Counted from the first letter of the stretch, positions 16,699 to 33,061 are shown. The stretch: DNA of 64,000 nt from the human T2T-CHM13v2.0 reference genome, Homo sapiens (GCF_009914755.1 NC_060934.1); one strand, 5' to 3'. Notes: generated by a model from the sequence alone, not told the origin. Program-made: numbers and translations.

Positions 16699-17560
16699 GT
16701 AGAGTGACGTACTTCCTAGAATGGTCTTGATAGTTGGGGAAAGAAAAGGTGGGGGGAATAATAGTTTGGCAGACTTAAGATTTTATCTAGAGGCTTAACC
16801 CAGAATAAAAGTTGAGTTTCCAACAATAAAAAGTGTTATAAATACATTTTGTTCAAATTCTAACTAGTCCCTGATGCCTATTCTTTAATGCCTTATACAG
16901 AAATCACAAATATTCTAAGCAATTTAACACTTAAGATATGTCTGACCACAAGCAAGAATATTAAATCCCAGTACACATCAGATAAGCATAACTTTATTAT
17001 GTAATCCTGTTCTTCTGGAATTACATCAAAAGTGGTCTCAGATTATGATGAGTCCTGGTGGATGAGTGAGTTGGGACTTTAATAAAAAATTTTTTTCAGA
17101 AGCAGGCTCTTGCCATGTTGCCCAGACTAGACCTGGAACTCCTGGGCTCAAGCAATCCTGCCTTAGCCTCCCGAGTAGCTGGGACTACAGGTGCACACCA
17201 CTGTACCCAGCTTAGGACTTTTTCTTTCTACTGGTGTTTTAAATGCTGACACTGCCTACCATTTATTAGGCATTTACTAGCCCTTTTAAGTAATAGAAAA
17301 AACCTGATCAGCAATGGGGTCATGCACTGACCCTCCCCATTTGTAGGCTGGGAGCTCGACCCCACATAATCTGCTTTGTGGCAAGAGCACTTGGAGAGCC
17401 TGGGGAAGTAACCAGGGACCCCACATCCTGACAGTTTTCAGGATGGTAGTGTTTGCAGCACACTTGTCCCAACTCATGACCCTTGAACCACAGCAGGCTA
17501 AAGCACTGCAAAGTTTTTCTTCTATGAGAAGAGTGGTAAGGATAATCAATATCAGACCTC

Positions 17561-18610
<1,050 letters not shown>

Positions 18611-18772
18611 CACGAGGCTGACTTAGGGAGAAACTCACCAAAAACAAGAAAAGGAAACATGAGCATTTCTGATTCTTGGGGTTCAGTGTGAACCCCAGAA
18701 AGTTTGAGAACTTCTACTGAATTTGCCTTCTTATAATCTGACACAGGACATTTATTAAGTAGTACTTGATGA

Positions 18773-19268
<496 letters not shown>

Positions 19269-19443
19269 AAAAACATTTAATTTTTGATTGCCTTAGGAAT
19301 AAAACTGAACAGATGAAAATGTTTCAGTCTTCTCTTTAAGTTTATTAAAAAAAAAGTAAAAATTACTTACCATTTCTCTCCCCATTTGCTGTCATAAAAA
19401 GGGAGATAGCTAGTTGTTTAGTTTATTAGGAATGCTAGCTGTG

Positions 19444-19803
<360 letters not shown>

Positions 19804-19809
19804 CTAGAA

Positions 19810-20036
19810 TAGGGGCCAGTAAACTACAGTTCCTGGGCTACTCACTTGGCCTACCGCCTTGTTTTGTAAATAAACTTTTATTGGAGCAGTGCCACCAAGC
19901 TCATTTATGTGCTATCTATGGCTGCCTTCATACCATAACAGCGAAGCTGAGTAATTGCAACAACCACCCTATGGTCCACAAAGCCTAATATAATAACTAT
20001 CTGGCCCTTTGCAAAAAATAAGTTTGCTGACCCCTG
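19810..20036. mobile_element. MER58A DNA transposon
   Basis: AGGGG..AAACT start, AGTTTGCTGACCCCTG end. Confidence 0.75.
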
Positions 20037-20691
20037 ATCTCTAAAATATAGGGGCTTCACCAGAAAAAGCTTCCTGAAATCTCTTGATTTCAGTGCTCTC
20101 TCAAGGGAACTACTGGGGGATGTTTTTATTCCAGAAGCCCCAGCAGGATGTCATATATAGCTTTATTTGATATTTGCATTTTAATATTGTAGTCGTATCT
20201 CTACATTTTTTAATTCCTTGAGGTAACTGTGAAATATTTGCATTTCATAATGCTAAAAAGTAAATGTAAAGTTAAATTTCGATATGGTGGTAAAGTCATA
20301 AGTATTTCAATGTTGCTGAAAAGGCTGGTTGTTTTAAATGAAAGCATTCATTTAAAATATATGCAGCAGCCAACAAAAAGAAATGAGACGAACCCCCTTA
20401 GAACTAACTGAAATATTAAACCATATGGATTATTTATAACTCCTGATTTCCTTAACGGCATAGTAATAATATTGAAGAATCTGCAATTTTTACAATAAAT
20501 GGCTTTGTGGGCATCTGGCTTGGGATTTTCTACTTGAAATTCAACCCAGTGCACTCAGCTGACTTTTCCCTCAAGTTGGTAGTCTATGCCTTTTACCACT
20601 GTTGATTTCAAGGTGTTCCTGTGAACCTGCTAAAATATTATCCTTTGTGAGAAGATGCATCATAAGAAGTGTCTCCTCTTTTGTCTTGTAG

Positions 20692-20764
20692 CTGGATACA
20701 CAGTATCGTCGCTCATGTGCAGTTGAGTATCCTCATCAGGCCCGACCTGGCAGGGGATCTGCAG
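20692..20764 (+). CDS. FAM149B1: FAM149B1 penultimate coding exon ([25 protein letters not shown])
   Basis: ttttgtcttgtag acceptor, CAG/gtaaag donor. Confidence 0.88.
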
Positions 20765-21810
20765 GTAAAGGTGGGGCCATGGCCCTTATTTACTACTGTG
20801 TGGTTGTGTTAAGACCCAGCCTTTGTCTTTTTTCCTACACCTATTTCCCCTTCTTTCAGATTTTCTTGGATTTAATGTTTTCCCACATCTTTGTAAATCA
20901 CCTAAAATTCATTTTGGAACATGGGGTATAATAAAAAGCTAGGAGAGTTCTATTGCTCAGAGCCAAAAAGTTTCAGATTCCTATTTTCTTCATACCATGT
21001 AAATTAACTTCTCACTACTTTGGTAAACTGCCTTTTTTTTTTTTTTAAATCTAAAAAGTTCAACCCAAATTAGTCCTTGTTGTAATGTTCAAAATATTCT
21101 TTAAGAACATAGCATGGATTTTATTATGCAGGCAAAATCCATATTCCTATGGATTAAACTGCTTTGATCAGTTAATCTGTTAGGCCAAGGTAAGAAAAGA
21201 AATTCTAAACCATCAGGATATGCTGAGTCTGATTCTATCGCATTAACTCTTTTTATCTTTAAATTATACTCTGTAGATGTACTAACAAAGAAGTGATGGG
21301 AGAAAATTGAGGGATGTCTTTTTTGAGACAGTCTCACTCTGCTGATCAGGCCAGAATGCAGTGGCATGATCATGGCTCACTGTAGCCTCGAACTCCGGGG
21401 CTCAAGGGATCCTCCCACCTAAGCCTCCCACATAGCTAGGGCTACAAGCAGTGCCACCATGCCCAGGTAATTTATTTTTTGTAGAGACAGGGTCTTGCTA
21501 TGTTGCCCAGGCTGCAGGATGTCTTAATTCTTCCTGTGACAGTCTTCTCACCACCATCAGGGTCATTCTTATTATGCTGAAGGTAAATTTAGAAGTAATG
21601 GACAGCTGAGATGTTTCCTGTTAATGATCAAAATAATCAGCAACTATGGTAAAAAACTAGTCTGCCTCAAACCATCTTTGTAGTCCAAGTGATTTCTCAG
21701 CTCAGTTCCCCGCAGCATTGTCTGGTAGTCTTTGAATGCTTTTGTCAGATTATGCTTTCAGATCTGCATTTGAGCTACAATTTCAGCCACATTGAAAGTC
21801 AGGTATAACT

Positions 21811-22111
<301 letters not shown>

Positions 22112-22325
22112 TCAGGTATAACTTATGTAACACTGAAGTGGAAGTGAGTAAATCAGACATCTTGCTTCTTTTTAATTAGTGGGCTCTTCTACAAAACTAG
22201 TTTACTGCTTTCATACCTTAAGAAAGTCCAATTCATAATTGGAGCAAAAAAGCCCTTAGCTATAAACTTGAGAGTGATTATCAAACCTAGACTGTCTACT
22301 AATGTTACTCTATGTCATCTGACAG

Positions 22326-22399
22326 GTCCTCAGTTACATGGGTCTACAAAATCTCAAAGCGGAGGCAGACCAGTCTCTCGAACCAGGCAGGGACCATAA
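22326..22399 (+). CDS. FAM149B1: FAM149B1 last coding exon (GPQLHGSTKSQSGGRPVSRTRQGP*)
   Basis: gacag acceptor, phase 1 matches previous exon, TAA at 22397-22399, followed by AT-rich 3'UTR with AATAAA at 23534-23539. Confidence 0.87.
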
Positions 22400-24779
22400 G
22401 GCAAATGAGAAGAATCTATCAGGCTGCAGGAAACACGAGATTTCATGAAGCAGTATTCAGTCATCAAGTGATGCAGAGCTTGTATAGAAGATCGACTAGA
22501 AATCATCTTCATGAAGAGTGATTTTGGCACAAGTGACCGAAGAACAAAACACCATAGCAGCCAAAAATGACATGAGTGTTGTTTCTATCTCCAGTTACTG
22601 TCTCTTTCAGCAGAAATTAACCTATCCCATTGGAAAGGCAAGTTTGTACCCAAAGATGCAACAGTGAATAATACCCAAATCACTGCTCATGTTATCTCTT
22701 AACAATGATCAGTTCAATCATATAGGATTTGATGAGCTCACACATACACAAAAAGCAGCAAATCATCAGTGACAATATCACTGGCTTCAGAATACTTCAG
22801 CCTGTGTTCATTTCTGGAGAGTTGTACTCAGTTTTAAGTCATTTTGCTGTTGAAAATCTGACCTCATCAAATAGATGTCATTCCTAAAACTCTCTTTAGA
22901 TGTCCTACCCTATCAGCAGATTAAAATGGAAGGGGTGTGTAACTAAAAACATAAATGTTAAGCATTAGTATAAAGTAACTTCTGTAATAAATTATATCGC
23001 ATATTTTTTCAGATAGGACAGCTCAACCTTACGATGCCTACCTGATGCCAGGTGATGCTTATTTTCTTCCTAAAGTAGGTTACTGGTCATATCTTTTTTC
23101 CAAATATTAAATGCACCTTGCCAGATATTCTCCTGCAGCTCTAAGGAAAGGAAATCAATTTAAAAATAATTTGTAGAATCTACTATTGAGCCACCAAAGT
23201 ATAATTCCCTAAAAGTTTAAGAAACCCTGGCAATTAATTCAGCATAAACATATCCTATAAACAGCAGGAGAGGTTCAGCTTTCTGATTTTACTGTGGACC
23301 TTTTCCTAAGGGCATTCATGAATGCAGCAACAGTTTTAACTATGGCTTACATTTATTTTAAATTTCACTAAATACAAATCTTGATTGTCATGCCAGTTTT
23401 AGATCTTATTAATTTTCAGAATGGATAAATTCAAATAATCATAAATTACGGTAACTTTTTATTATACCAAGGTGTTCTAATGCCATCATATGAAGACAGA
23501 TGCTTCAAACAACCTGCATTAAATTATATTTTTAATAAAATTAAAATCTATTTTTAACCTATTTGTAGTCACAAACCGAAAACGTGTCGTCTTTACCTTA
23601 GAGCTAAAGGCTTACTTTATGCATACGGTATATTTAATAGTCTACAAATCAAAGATTTAAACAGTCCCTTAAAAATTCCATATATTCTCATACCAACTCA
23701 TCTACATAGAAATGAAAATCTCTATTGTTCTCACAAACCATTACCATGAGTTCACTATAACAACTGGATCAATATGGCTTGCCTTTCAAAGTTAAAGAAT
23801 CAGAAAGGGGCCTGTAAGAAGTCATTTAGCCCAATTCCCTCACCCTGTGTGTTTTCCCTCAAAGCCAGTGCAATTTTTTTTTAACCAAAAAACTGGACAT
23901 GTTTAATACATACAGTTTGACAAATTTGGATTTCACTCTTTGTTTTGATGTAGTAACTCTTTTATAAAAGGGAACAGATTCAGACAAGCTCAGTGGCCCA
24001 ACTGAAGACATTCAGCAATTAATGGCAGGACTTCAGTAATCAGTGGCAGGACTACAACATACATCTCTTCATGCTAGGGAAACCAGGCTCTCTATTATAA
24101 AGCTGACCAGGGCTATTGTTTTCCCCTTTTCTCTCATCCTAAACACCATTCATATTTTTCCTAGGTCACATTTTAGTGGGATCATTTACAAAGCCCCCAG
24201 AACTTAATCATCATGTTTTACCTTTTTTATTGAATTATATACACCTCTTACAAAAATGCTTGAAGTAATTTAACACCTGTACATCAGTACAAAACCTGGC
24301 TGAGTAAAATGAAGAGAGGATCTATTCAAGATCATTAAGACCAAATGTAAACTGGGAAGTATGTGGAAGATAGCTGTCCAGCAAGTGTCTGGAAGGTGTT
24401 CTAGCTGGGTAGAGAGCCTATTCTAACAGACACGCACATCGCAGAAAGCAGCATGAACAGAACCACATCCTAGATAAGAGTTCTGTGTACAGAAGATCCA
24501 TGGAGGCAAGTGCTGTCAGGAAGGACACTGCCTCCCTCCACCCTCCCAAATGTCACCACCAAGTTCCTTCAGGTGAGACCTCACACAATGTCAAGTGCTT
24601 TCTAGGAAATACTAAGATCAGGTTGAGAGATTCTGCTTGGTCTAGTCAATCTGAAAAATTCAGGCTGGAAAGACACCTTTTCTCAAGAGCTGAATTGACT
24701 TTTGCCTTCAAATCCTGCCTGCACCTTGCCTACGATGGCATCAATTTACACCTAAGGACCTTTGAAGAGAAAAATTCCA

Positions 24780-24899
24780 TTATTTCTTTTCTTTCTTGAG
24801 AGCAGATTTTTTCCCTCCTCCTTTGGAAGATTTGCAGTACTTTGCTTCCATCTGAGCCAGAAAATTGTCCATTTCCTTTTGCCGATCCTTTTGTCTGCT
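24780..24899 (-). CDS. DNAJC9: DNAJC9 exon 5 coding part ([39 protein letters not shown])
   Basis: acag acceptor, TAA at 24782-24780; minus-strand AATAAA at 24226-24231, 23458-23463 and 23352-23357. Confidence 0.94.
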
Positions 24900-25222
24900 C
24901 TGTTTGAGAAGTTAAAACACAAGCTTTCACAACATTATCCATAGACAGAAAGTACCTAGTGGTTGCCAGGGGCTGGAAAAGTGGAATAACTACTAATGGG
25001 TATGGAGTTTTTTTGGAATGGTGAAAATGTCCTACAATTGGTGTTAATAATTGTAAAACTTTGTAAATACACTTAAAACCACCAAATTGTACACTTTAAA
25101 AGGACAAATAGAAGGTATGCGGTTATGTCTTAAAAGAAGAAAACAAAATACAACATTCCAAAGAAAATATTAGCAGTAGGAATCAGATCATTAAAGATGT
25201 GGCAACAAACTGCCAAGTTTAC

Positions 25223-25309
25223 CTGAATGGCTGCCTTCAGGCTATCCACGCCTTCATCAAGCCCCAACTCCTTTCTGCTCATTTCTGCTTCTTTGGCCTC
25301 TTCCTGAGC
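25223..25309 (-). CDS. DNAJC9: DNAJC9 exon 4 ([29 protein letters not shown])
   Basis: 87 nt, AG/GT boundaries. Confidence 0.94.
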
Positions 25310-25538
25310 CTGAAACAGGAACTCACATGAGACTCAGGGCCACCAGGAAATGCTTAAAATACATACTCTTTCCCAAAAGCAAATCTATAATTCTGTTTCA
25401 ATTTTATGAATATATGAATAGACAAAATGAATCGAATTACATAACTATGTCATTCATTAAATGGCAACAATGCTGACAGCAAGCAGTAGATCCTCTGATT
25501 CCAATTACCATTTGTTTTTTACCCAATTCTATTTGCTA

Positions 25539-25901
<363 letters not shown>

Positions 25902-26682
25902 GGCAAATGATGCAATTGCCAGGATACAGGTATTTCCAATTTCTCTCCTGGAAACCCAATTTACTCCATGGGACTGGTGGTGCCTTGTGAACAACCCCAG
26001 TTTAAAATGACTTCTCCCCAGTAGTCAGAAGAACCAACATCAATAAACTCAGTTTTAACATCTATTTACCTAATTTCAAAGCAGCCTTCCTTTGCCAAGT
26101 GTTCCTAGAGCATTGTTTACAAAATATCACAAGAACACCTTAGGGCAACAACTATAAGAGGCCCCAACACCCCTTGTGAATTTTCTAAGTAGCAATTAAT
26201 GCTATTAATACTGAGGATGATGATACATTAGGACCCCCTATCCCAATAAGACACCGTTTCCTTGTATTCAAATTCTCTCTTTAAATTCAGCATCCCCCTA
26301 AGGTTTGTTGAACAGTCTATCAAAACTATGCCATTTTCTCCTCAAATTCTAGGGAAGTTTCTCAAGCTAACAGTCTACTGTGAATGCAGCTGTGCTCAGT
26401 TTCATCTCAGGAAATGATGAACGACTTAAGATAATTGTCAGCTTGAGTCTTAGCAGATGTAGCCTATGAACCAAAATGGTCTTGATATACACTCCACCGT
26501 TCCCCTCAAGCTCACCAGAAAGGGTGCAGCCTCTTATCTAGGCAAAACAGGCCCTTCAAATTTTCACCGGAAACAAAAAGGTCAGCTTTCTCTCTGCCAG
26601 CGTCTCTTATGTAAAAGCTGCAGAAAAGTTCCTGAGGGCACTCAGGAAGGCAGCAGTGGTCCTAAAAGTTGTGTGCTCCTTA

Positions 26683-26813
26683 AGAGAATCTAACGCCCGA
26701 TGATCTAAGGTTTCATCCTGAACCACCCCCCCAACTCTCCTCACCCCCACTGTCACTGGAAAAACTGTCTTCCACAAAACAGGTACCTGGTATCAAAAAG
26801 GCTGGGGACCGCT
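26683..26813 (+). mobile_element. MER1B fragment
   Basis: gaaaaactgtcttccacaaaac...aaaaaggctggggaccgct. Confidence 0.65.
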
Positions 26814-27302
26814 AAGCTAAAGTTTTTCTTTAAAAAAAAAAAAAAGAAAAGAAAAATTCTGTATCCAACTCAAGAATCAAATTCGGGGCAAAGGCCCAAA
26901 CATCTGCACTTTTAACAAGACGGTGTCTGCCATTCTCTTCTTACCCCCTCAACCGAGTAAGGATCACTGCCCATCCTGTGTACCCGGGTTCCACTAACTT
27001 TATCTCCTGAGGAATGCCTCAGGAATGCTACAAGAATTGGCCTACATGAAAAAATATTTCAGTGCTACTTTACTATGGTAATATTTAAACAATCTATGCA
27101 ATAAAAATCATCTTGAGCACAACATGCTAGAAAAAGTTTCTCTTGATGAACTGGTATGCCCATTTTATTAGATCGAAACTATAGACCAAGTTAACCCTAG
27201 TCCTTATTTCTGGAGTTTTATGTTTACTTCTACTGCTGTAAATACTCTCAAATCCTTTTTGGAAGCAGTCAAAATATAAATCCACAGTATTCAAAATCTT
27301 AC

Positions 27303-27557
27303 CCTCCTTTTCCTTGCATTCATCTTTTGTTTCGATTCTTTGACAAAGGCATTATAGGATGGGACCTCTCCGGCGTCAATAGCTTGCTGAATGATATTCC
27401 TTATCCTGGGTTCCTCTGTGTACTGCACGCAAAGCACAGACTCCATGATCTGATCCATGTCACCCTTGAAGTCCAGATAGGCCTGCTTAATATCAGCCAG
27501 CTCTTCTTCCGAACCTTTGTATGTCTTTTCAAAAGCTTGAATGTCCTCTAAAGATAT
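27303..27557 (-). CDS. DNAJC9: DNAJC9 exon 3 ([19 protein letters not shown]...KMNARKRR)
   Basis: 255 nt open frame, AG/GT boundaries. Confidence 0.95.
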
Positions 27558-28068
27558 CTGATGATAAAGGAGATTTGCTTTAACTTTGGGAATTTTACTT
27601 TAAATAAAACGTACGTTAGTAAAACTAGAGTTGGGTGTTGAATTGCTGCAATACAACAGTTGCTTGAGTTGAAATTATTGAACCAGATTTTCTATGCCTA
27701 AGCTTCTCCGGAGTCCTCCTTTTTAAATCCAATCTTCATTAACTGCTAACTAGGGACCAGGGAAGGGAAATTTAAGTGAAATTTCCAAGAGTGAGAGGTG
27801 ATCCGGAATCAGGACTTACATTTGGATATGTAAAATAAAGCGCATCCGGCAAAAAAAATAAATCGGCCCTTTTCAGTGCAACAATCACATTAACAGGAAA
27901 TTTAAAGCCCGTTTCAGTAAGCGTGCGTGTATCTGTATTTCAAGGCCAAACTCAAAATTCCTAATTCCTACAAAATTAACACAAAATACAAGATCTTAGA
28001 GGCAGTCAATAAAGGTTTGTTGATTGAATGATGGTAACAGTCACAAAGAAACCTCCAGAGTCCTTTAC

Positions 28069-28209
28069 CTTTTTAAAGAGTAGCCGCCAATACGCCTCCC
28101 AGTCTCGGTCTTGGGTGAGCACAGGAGAGTCCTCGTCCACTGTTCCCTGCTCATCGTACACTGCTCTCTGTTCTCTGTCACTGAGAACGGAATAGACTTT
28201 TCCCAGGAT
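28069..28209 (-). CDS. DNAJC9: DNAJC9 exon 2 ([22 protein letters not shown]...WRLLFKK)
   Basis: AG/GT boundaries, 141 nt, J-domain helix III/IV motif LSD..RA.YD. Confidence 0.95.
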
Positions 28210-28880
28210 CTGAGGGCAAAGAGTATCCGTAAATCACCCCTGCTCCTCCCACCGAAACGGCGGCGCGAGAAATAAAGATCAGAAGGCGCCAAGCGGAGCT
28301 CAGCGCGCTCCCCCGGGGCGGGGCCCGGTAGCCAAAAGGCTAGGGGGAGGCCCGCGCAGCCGGTCGGCTTCGGGGCGGGACCCTGCATACCTGGAAGCGG
28401 CGGGTGGCGTCCTCCTTGTCGCCCTCACCCACCCGGTCCGGGTGTACCTGCAGGGACACCTTGTGGTAGCCTCGTCGGACCTCGCCGTCGGAGGCCTCGC
28501 GTCGCACGCCCAGCACCCGGTAAAGGTCGGCGGTGCCGAACACTTCCTCGCAAAGGTCCAGCAGCCCCATGCCGGGCGGAGATACGACCCCGGAGGAAGC
28601 AGCCGCTCCCAGCTGCGCCGGGTACAACCCAGGACTGCTTCTTTTTCGCGCCCAAAAAGCCCAGGGCGCCTGCGTCACAAGCACTGAAGGGGCGTGGCCA
28701 CGCCGCGCATCCGCGCTTTACGGCGGCCGCAAAATGAGGTGTGGCGAGTCAGGCGCGGGCCCGGGTAAGTAACGCCGGCATGTGGAGTCACAGTCCCCGG
28801 CCGCGCGCAGGAGCTAGGTCTTCAGGGAAGTGATGTTGCTCGGGTCTCTCCTCCCCTTGCTCTGGAAATCTGGCGTCCGT
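28200..28880. promoter_or_regulatory. CpG island / bidirectional promoter of DNAJC9 and antisense lncRNA; E2F site TTTTTCGCGCCCAAAAA (28642-28658), GC box GGGGCGTGGC (28689-28698)
   Basis: High CpG density, motifs read directly. Confidence 0.85.
28391..28570 (-). CDS. DNAJC9: DNAJC9 exon 1, J-domain N-terminal part with HPD motif ([22 protein letters not shown]...[18 protein letters not shown])
   Basis: ATG at 28570, HPD motif, CAG/gtat donor; the 5 exons sum to 260 aa + stop. Confidence 0.96.
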
Positions 28881-29831
28881 CTTACCTTTTAGTGTCCAAG
28901 AACAACTTTTTCAAAAAGTTCATATATTAGCTTGAATTTACAAACTGCTGGCCTATTTTTTTAAGTAGAAAACGGCCAAACATCAGCATTCAGCAGTTAC
29001 ACATGGTTCAACTTAACAGATGTGTTTTTTCAAAAATGTTCTTGAAAGGAATAGGTAAAGCTGTAGACCCAAATAATTTTGCACCCCACTGGTTGGAAAT
29101 GCTGGGGTACTTTCCCTCTAGCCCTGTAGGAAAAAACCCTATACTGAAACCCAAAAAGCACAAAACACGGGTCTTCCAAAAACTCTTACCTAATAGGACT
29201 TTCACCTTACACATTGGTGGAGAGAGATAACATGACCCAAGCCTCCGTCTTAATAACATAAACTGCTGAAGCAAAGGCTCTTTCTTTTAATACTCTGTGA
29301 AGTTCACAGCTGGGTTTGAACATGTTGGATCCCAGGTGGCAGCAGAGTGGGCTGGAGCAATCATCCAAGAGATGGTGAGAAACTTGGGCCTGGAGACCCA
29401 AAGCAAGGTTGAGGCTGGGGATAAAACTTTGTTAGTAGGGTAAACTCACAGAGGAAGTATGTGTATACATATCTTAAAGGATAAACAATGCTAAGTGAAT
29501 ACCCGAGTTGGCAGAAAATACCTTATCAAATATCCCCTCACTGATGTAGCATTTTTCAGAATCATTCTGCTCTGCCAATAAGTTTCTGCAAAGCCTCAAA
29601 CTCTCCAGGATACATTAATATCTTTTAAACTTCCCAGAGTTGCCGTGATTTTCAAAGCATTTCTCTTTCCCAGATCCAAGATCAAACTCAGCTGAAGTCA
29701 GTTCCTCTCAACCTGCCCTGGCATCAAAGTCTCAAAGCAAGTGGGGGCCAACCAGCAACAACCCCAGGGGAGCTTTGACAACCACAGAATTTGAGATGGC
29801 TGGTAATCGTTCTCAGAACATAAAACACAAA
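28720..29831 (+). ncRNA. DNAJC9-AS1: Probable 5' exons of antisense lncRNA DNAJC9-AS1: donor G/GTAAGT at 28765; exon 29674-29831 (ttctctttcccag ... A/GTAAGT); start coordinate approximate
   Basis: Two consensus GTAAGT donors and a strong acceptor on + strand, divergent from DNAJC9; name recalled from the locus. Confidence 0.55.
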
Positions 29832-30240
29832 GTAAGTCGGCACATTGATAGAACCTCCTCTATAAATTTCCTATATCTTAGTCACACACCAGAGTTAAGC
29901 CATCTGTCTTTGCTCATTTTTCCCTCTATGGACAACATAATATGTTGGGAAGGGCTTTCCAGGAGGGCATAACCGGGAGATGAATCTTACATCACTGGGC
30001 AAGTTTCCACCTCTAGGCCTCAGCTTCCCTATCTGTAAAACGGAGATAATCCTACCTGCCTTCATAATACCTTACAATTGTCACAAATAACCTTGTACAC
30101 AAAAGGCCTAGGATATATGTAGATGCTTTGCAATATTATCTTTCTTCCAGTTTCTTGTATTTTTTAAGGTATTCAAATACATCTATTTTAACATTTTTCT
30201 ATATATACATTTGCTACGGAAAATTGAAATCGCACACTGA

Positions 30241-30592
<352 letters not shown>

Positions 30593-31176
30593 CAATGGTA
30601 TCTTTATATTATTTTTCCTTACAAGTTACTTCAAATTCTTGATGTTGAATTTCATCTCACTGACTTCAGGCTTTTAAAACACATGGGAATACTTGAGACC
30701 TAAGAATGGTTGTGAGTCAAATAAAAAAGTAGAACTAAAGTATACTGAAGTTATTCAAATACATTCAAACTATAAAGATCCCTTATAGATTACTGGCATC
30801 AAGGTAGGAAGGAAAAGATACAAGAAGTAAAATGCAACACTCATTACAGGTTGTCAACATTATTGGTATACAGTTTATCCTAACACAGAGCAGCCTTCTT
30901 AACCTGCTCCATAAAATTACCAGCAAGAAAGAAAAGTACAAGAATAAGGTTCACAGCTGAATTGGCTTGGTGTCCTAATTCCCTATTCCAGTATTCTCAG
31001 AAGGATCCCATCTATGATATATGCAGAAATCACAGCCACATTTGAATGGTTCAATCTTGATTCATACTGAACTCCCTTAAGCCCAGCAGTTTCTCATTCT
31101 TAAAAGGTAGGTTATTAGAGCCCCAAAGCAATTTTCATAACAAATCTACCTTTGTATATTTAAGAATATGCATTAA

Positions 31177-31819
<643 letters not shown>

Positions 31820-32232
31820 TTACAAAAATCAATTAAGAAAGGTTAACTGTTCTTGCACTTGTGGGATGAACATGAAGATCTGAATGGGCCATGAATAGTC
31901 TGGCTGGGGGTTTTGAAGCAGGAAGTCTTGGAAGCCAGTAAATTGTAAAGTTGTCCAAGAGACCCAGAGCCCAACTCAAAAGTCCAATCCTCCCATAGCC
32001 ACTGTCTATCCCAAGACAAAGTCGAAAAAAGCTAATTAGTACCCACACCCAGCTCTAAGTCACACAAGAACAAATCTCTCCCTGGGCCCTGTGCAGGCCA
32101 GGCCAGAAGAGCAAGGGCAACTCAGGATACTCCATTTATTGAACTCCAAATCTAACAAAATTAAGATCGCTGCAGTGTTTCAAAAGGACCTTGACCTTGT
32201 TCCCACTGCTATGCTCACTAAAGTCAGCTCAT

Positions 32233-32394
<162 letters not shown>

Positions 32395-32556
32395 TTATTA
32401 TAACACAGTATAAGCCAATGCTTCCCTAGGAACTCTGTCTCACAGAACTGAGGTCTGAGATCTGACCCAGTGCATGGATGCAAACCATGCTCCTCACTTG
32501 CCAAACTCTGTACTACTTCTCCCCGGCAAGGAGACAGTGGATGTCTACTTCCCTAA

Positions 32557-33061
<505 letters not shown>

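Noticed and set aside
22312-22521. 69-aa ORF overlapping the FAM149B1 last exon
   Set aside because: Starts in the intron and is out of frame with the spliced CDS
28571-28684. In-frame open extension upstream of the DNAJC9 ATG (ORF 28340..28684)
   Set aside because: Starts at a non-AUG codon in GC-rich promoter DNA; the in-frame CTG at 28612 has a poor -3 context; lack of stops is expected in CpG islands
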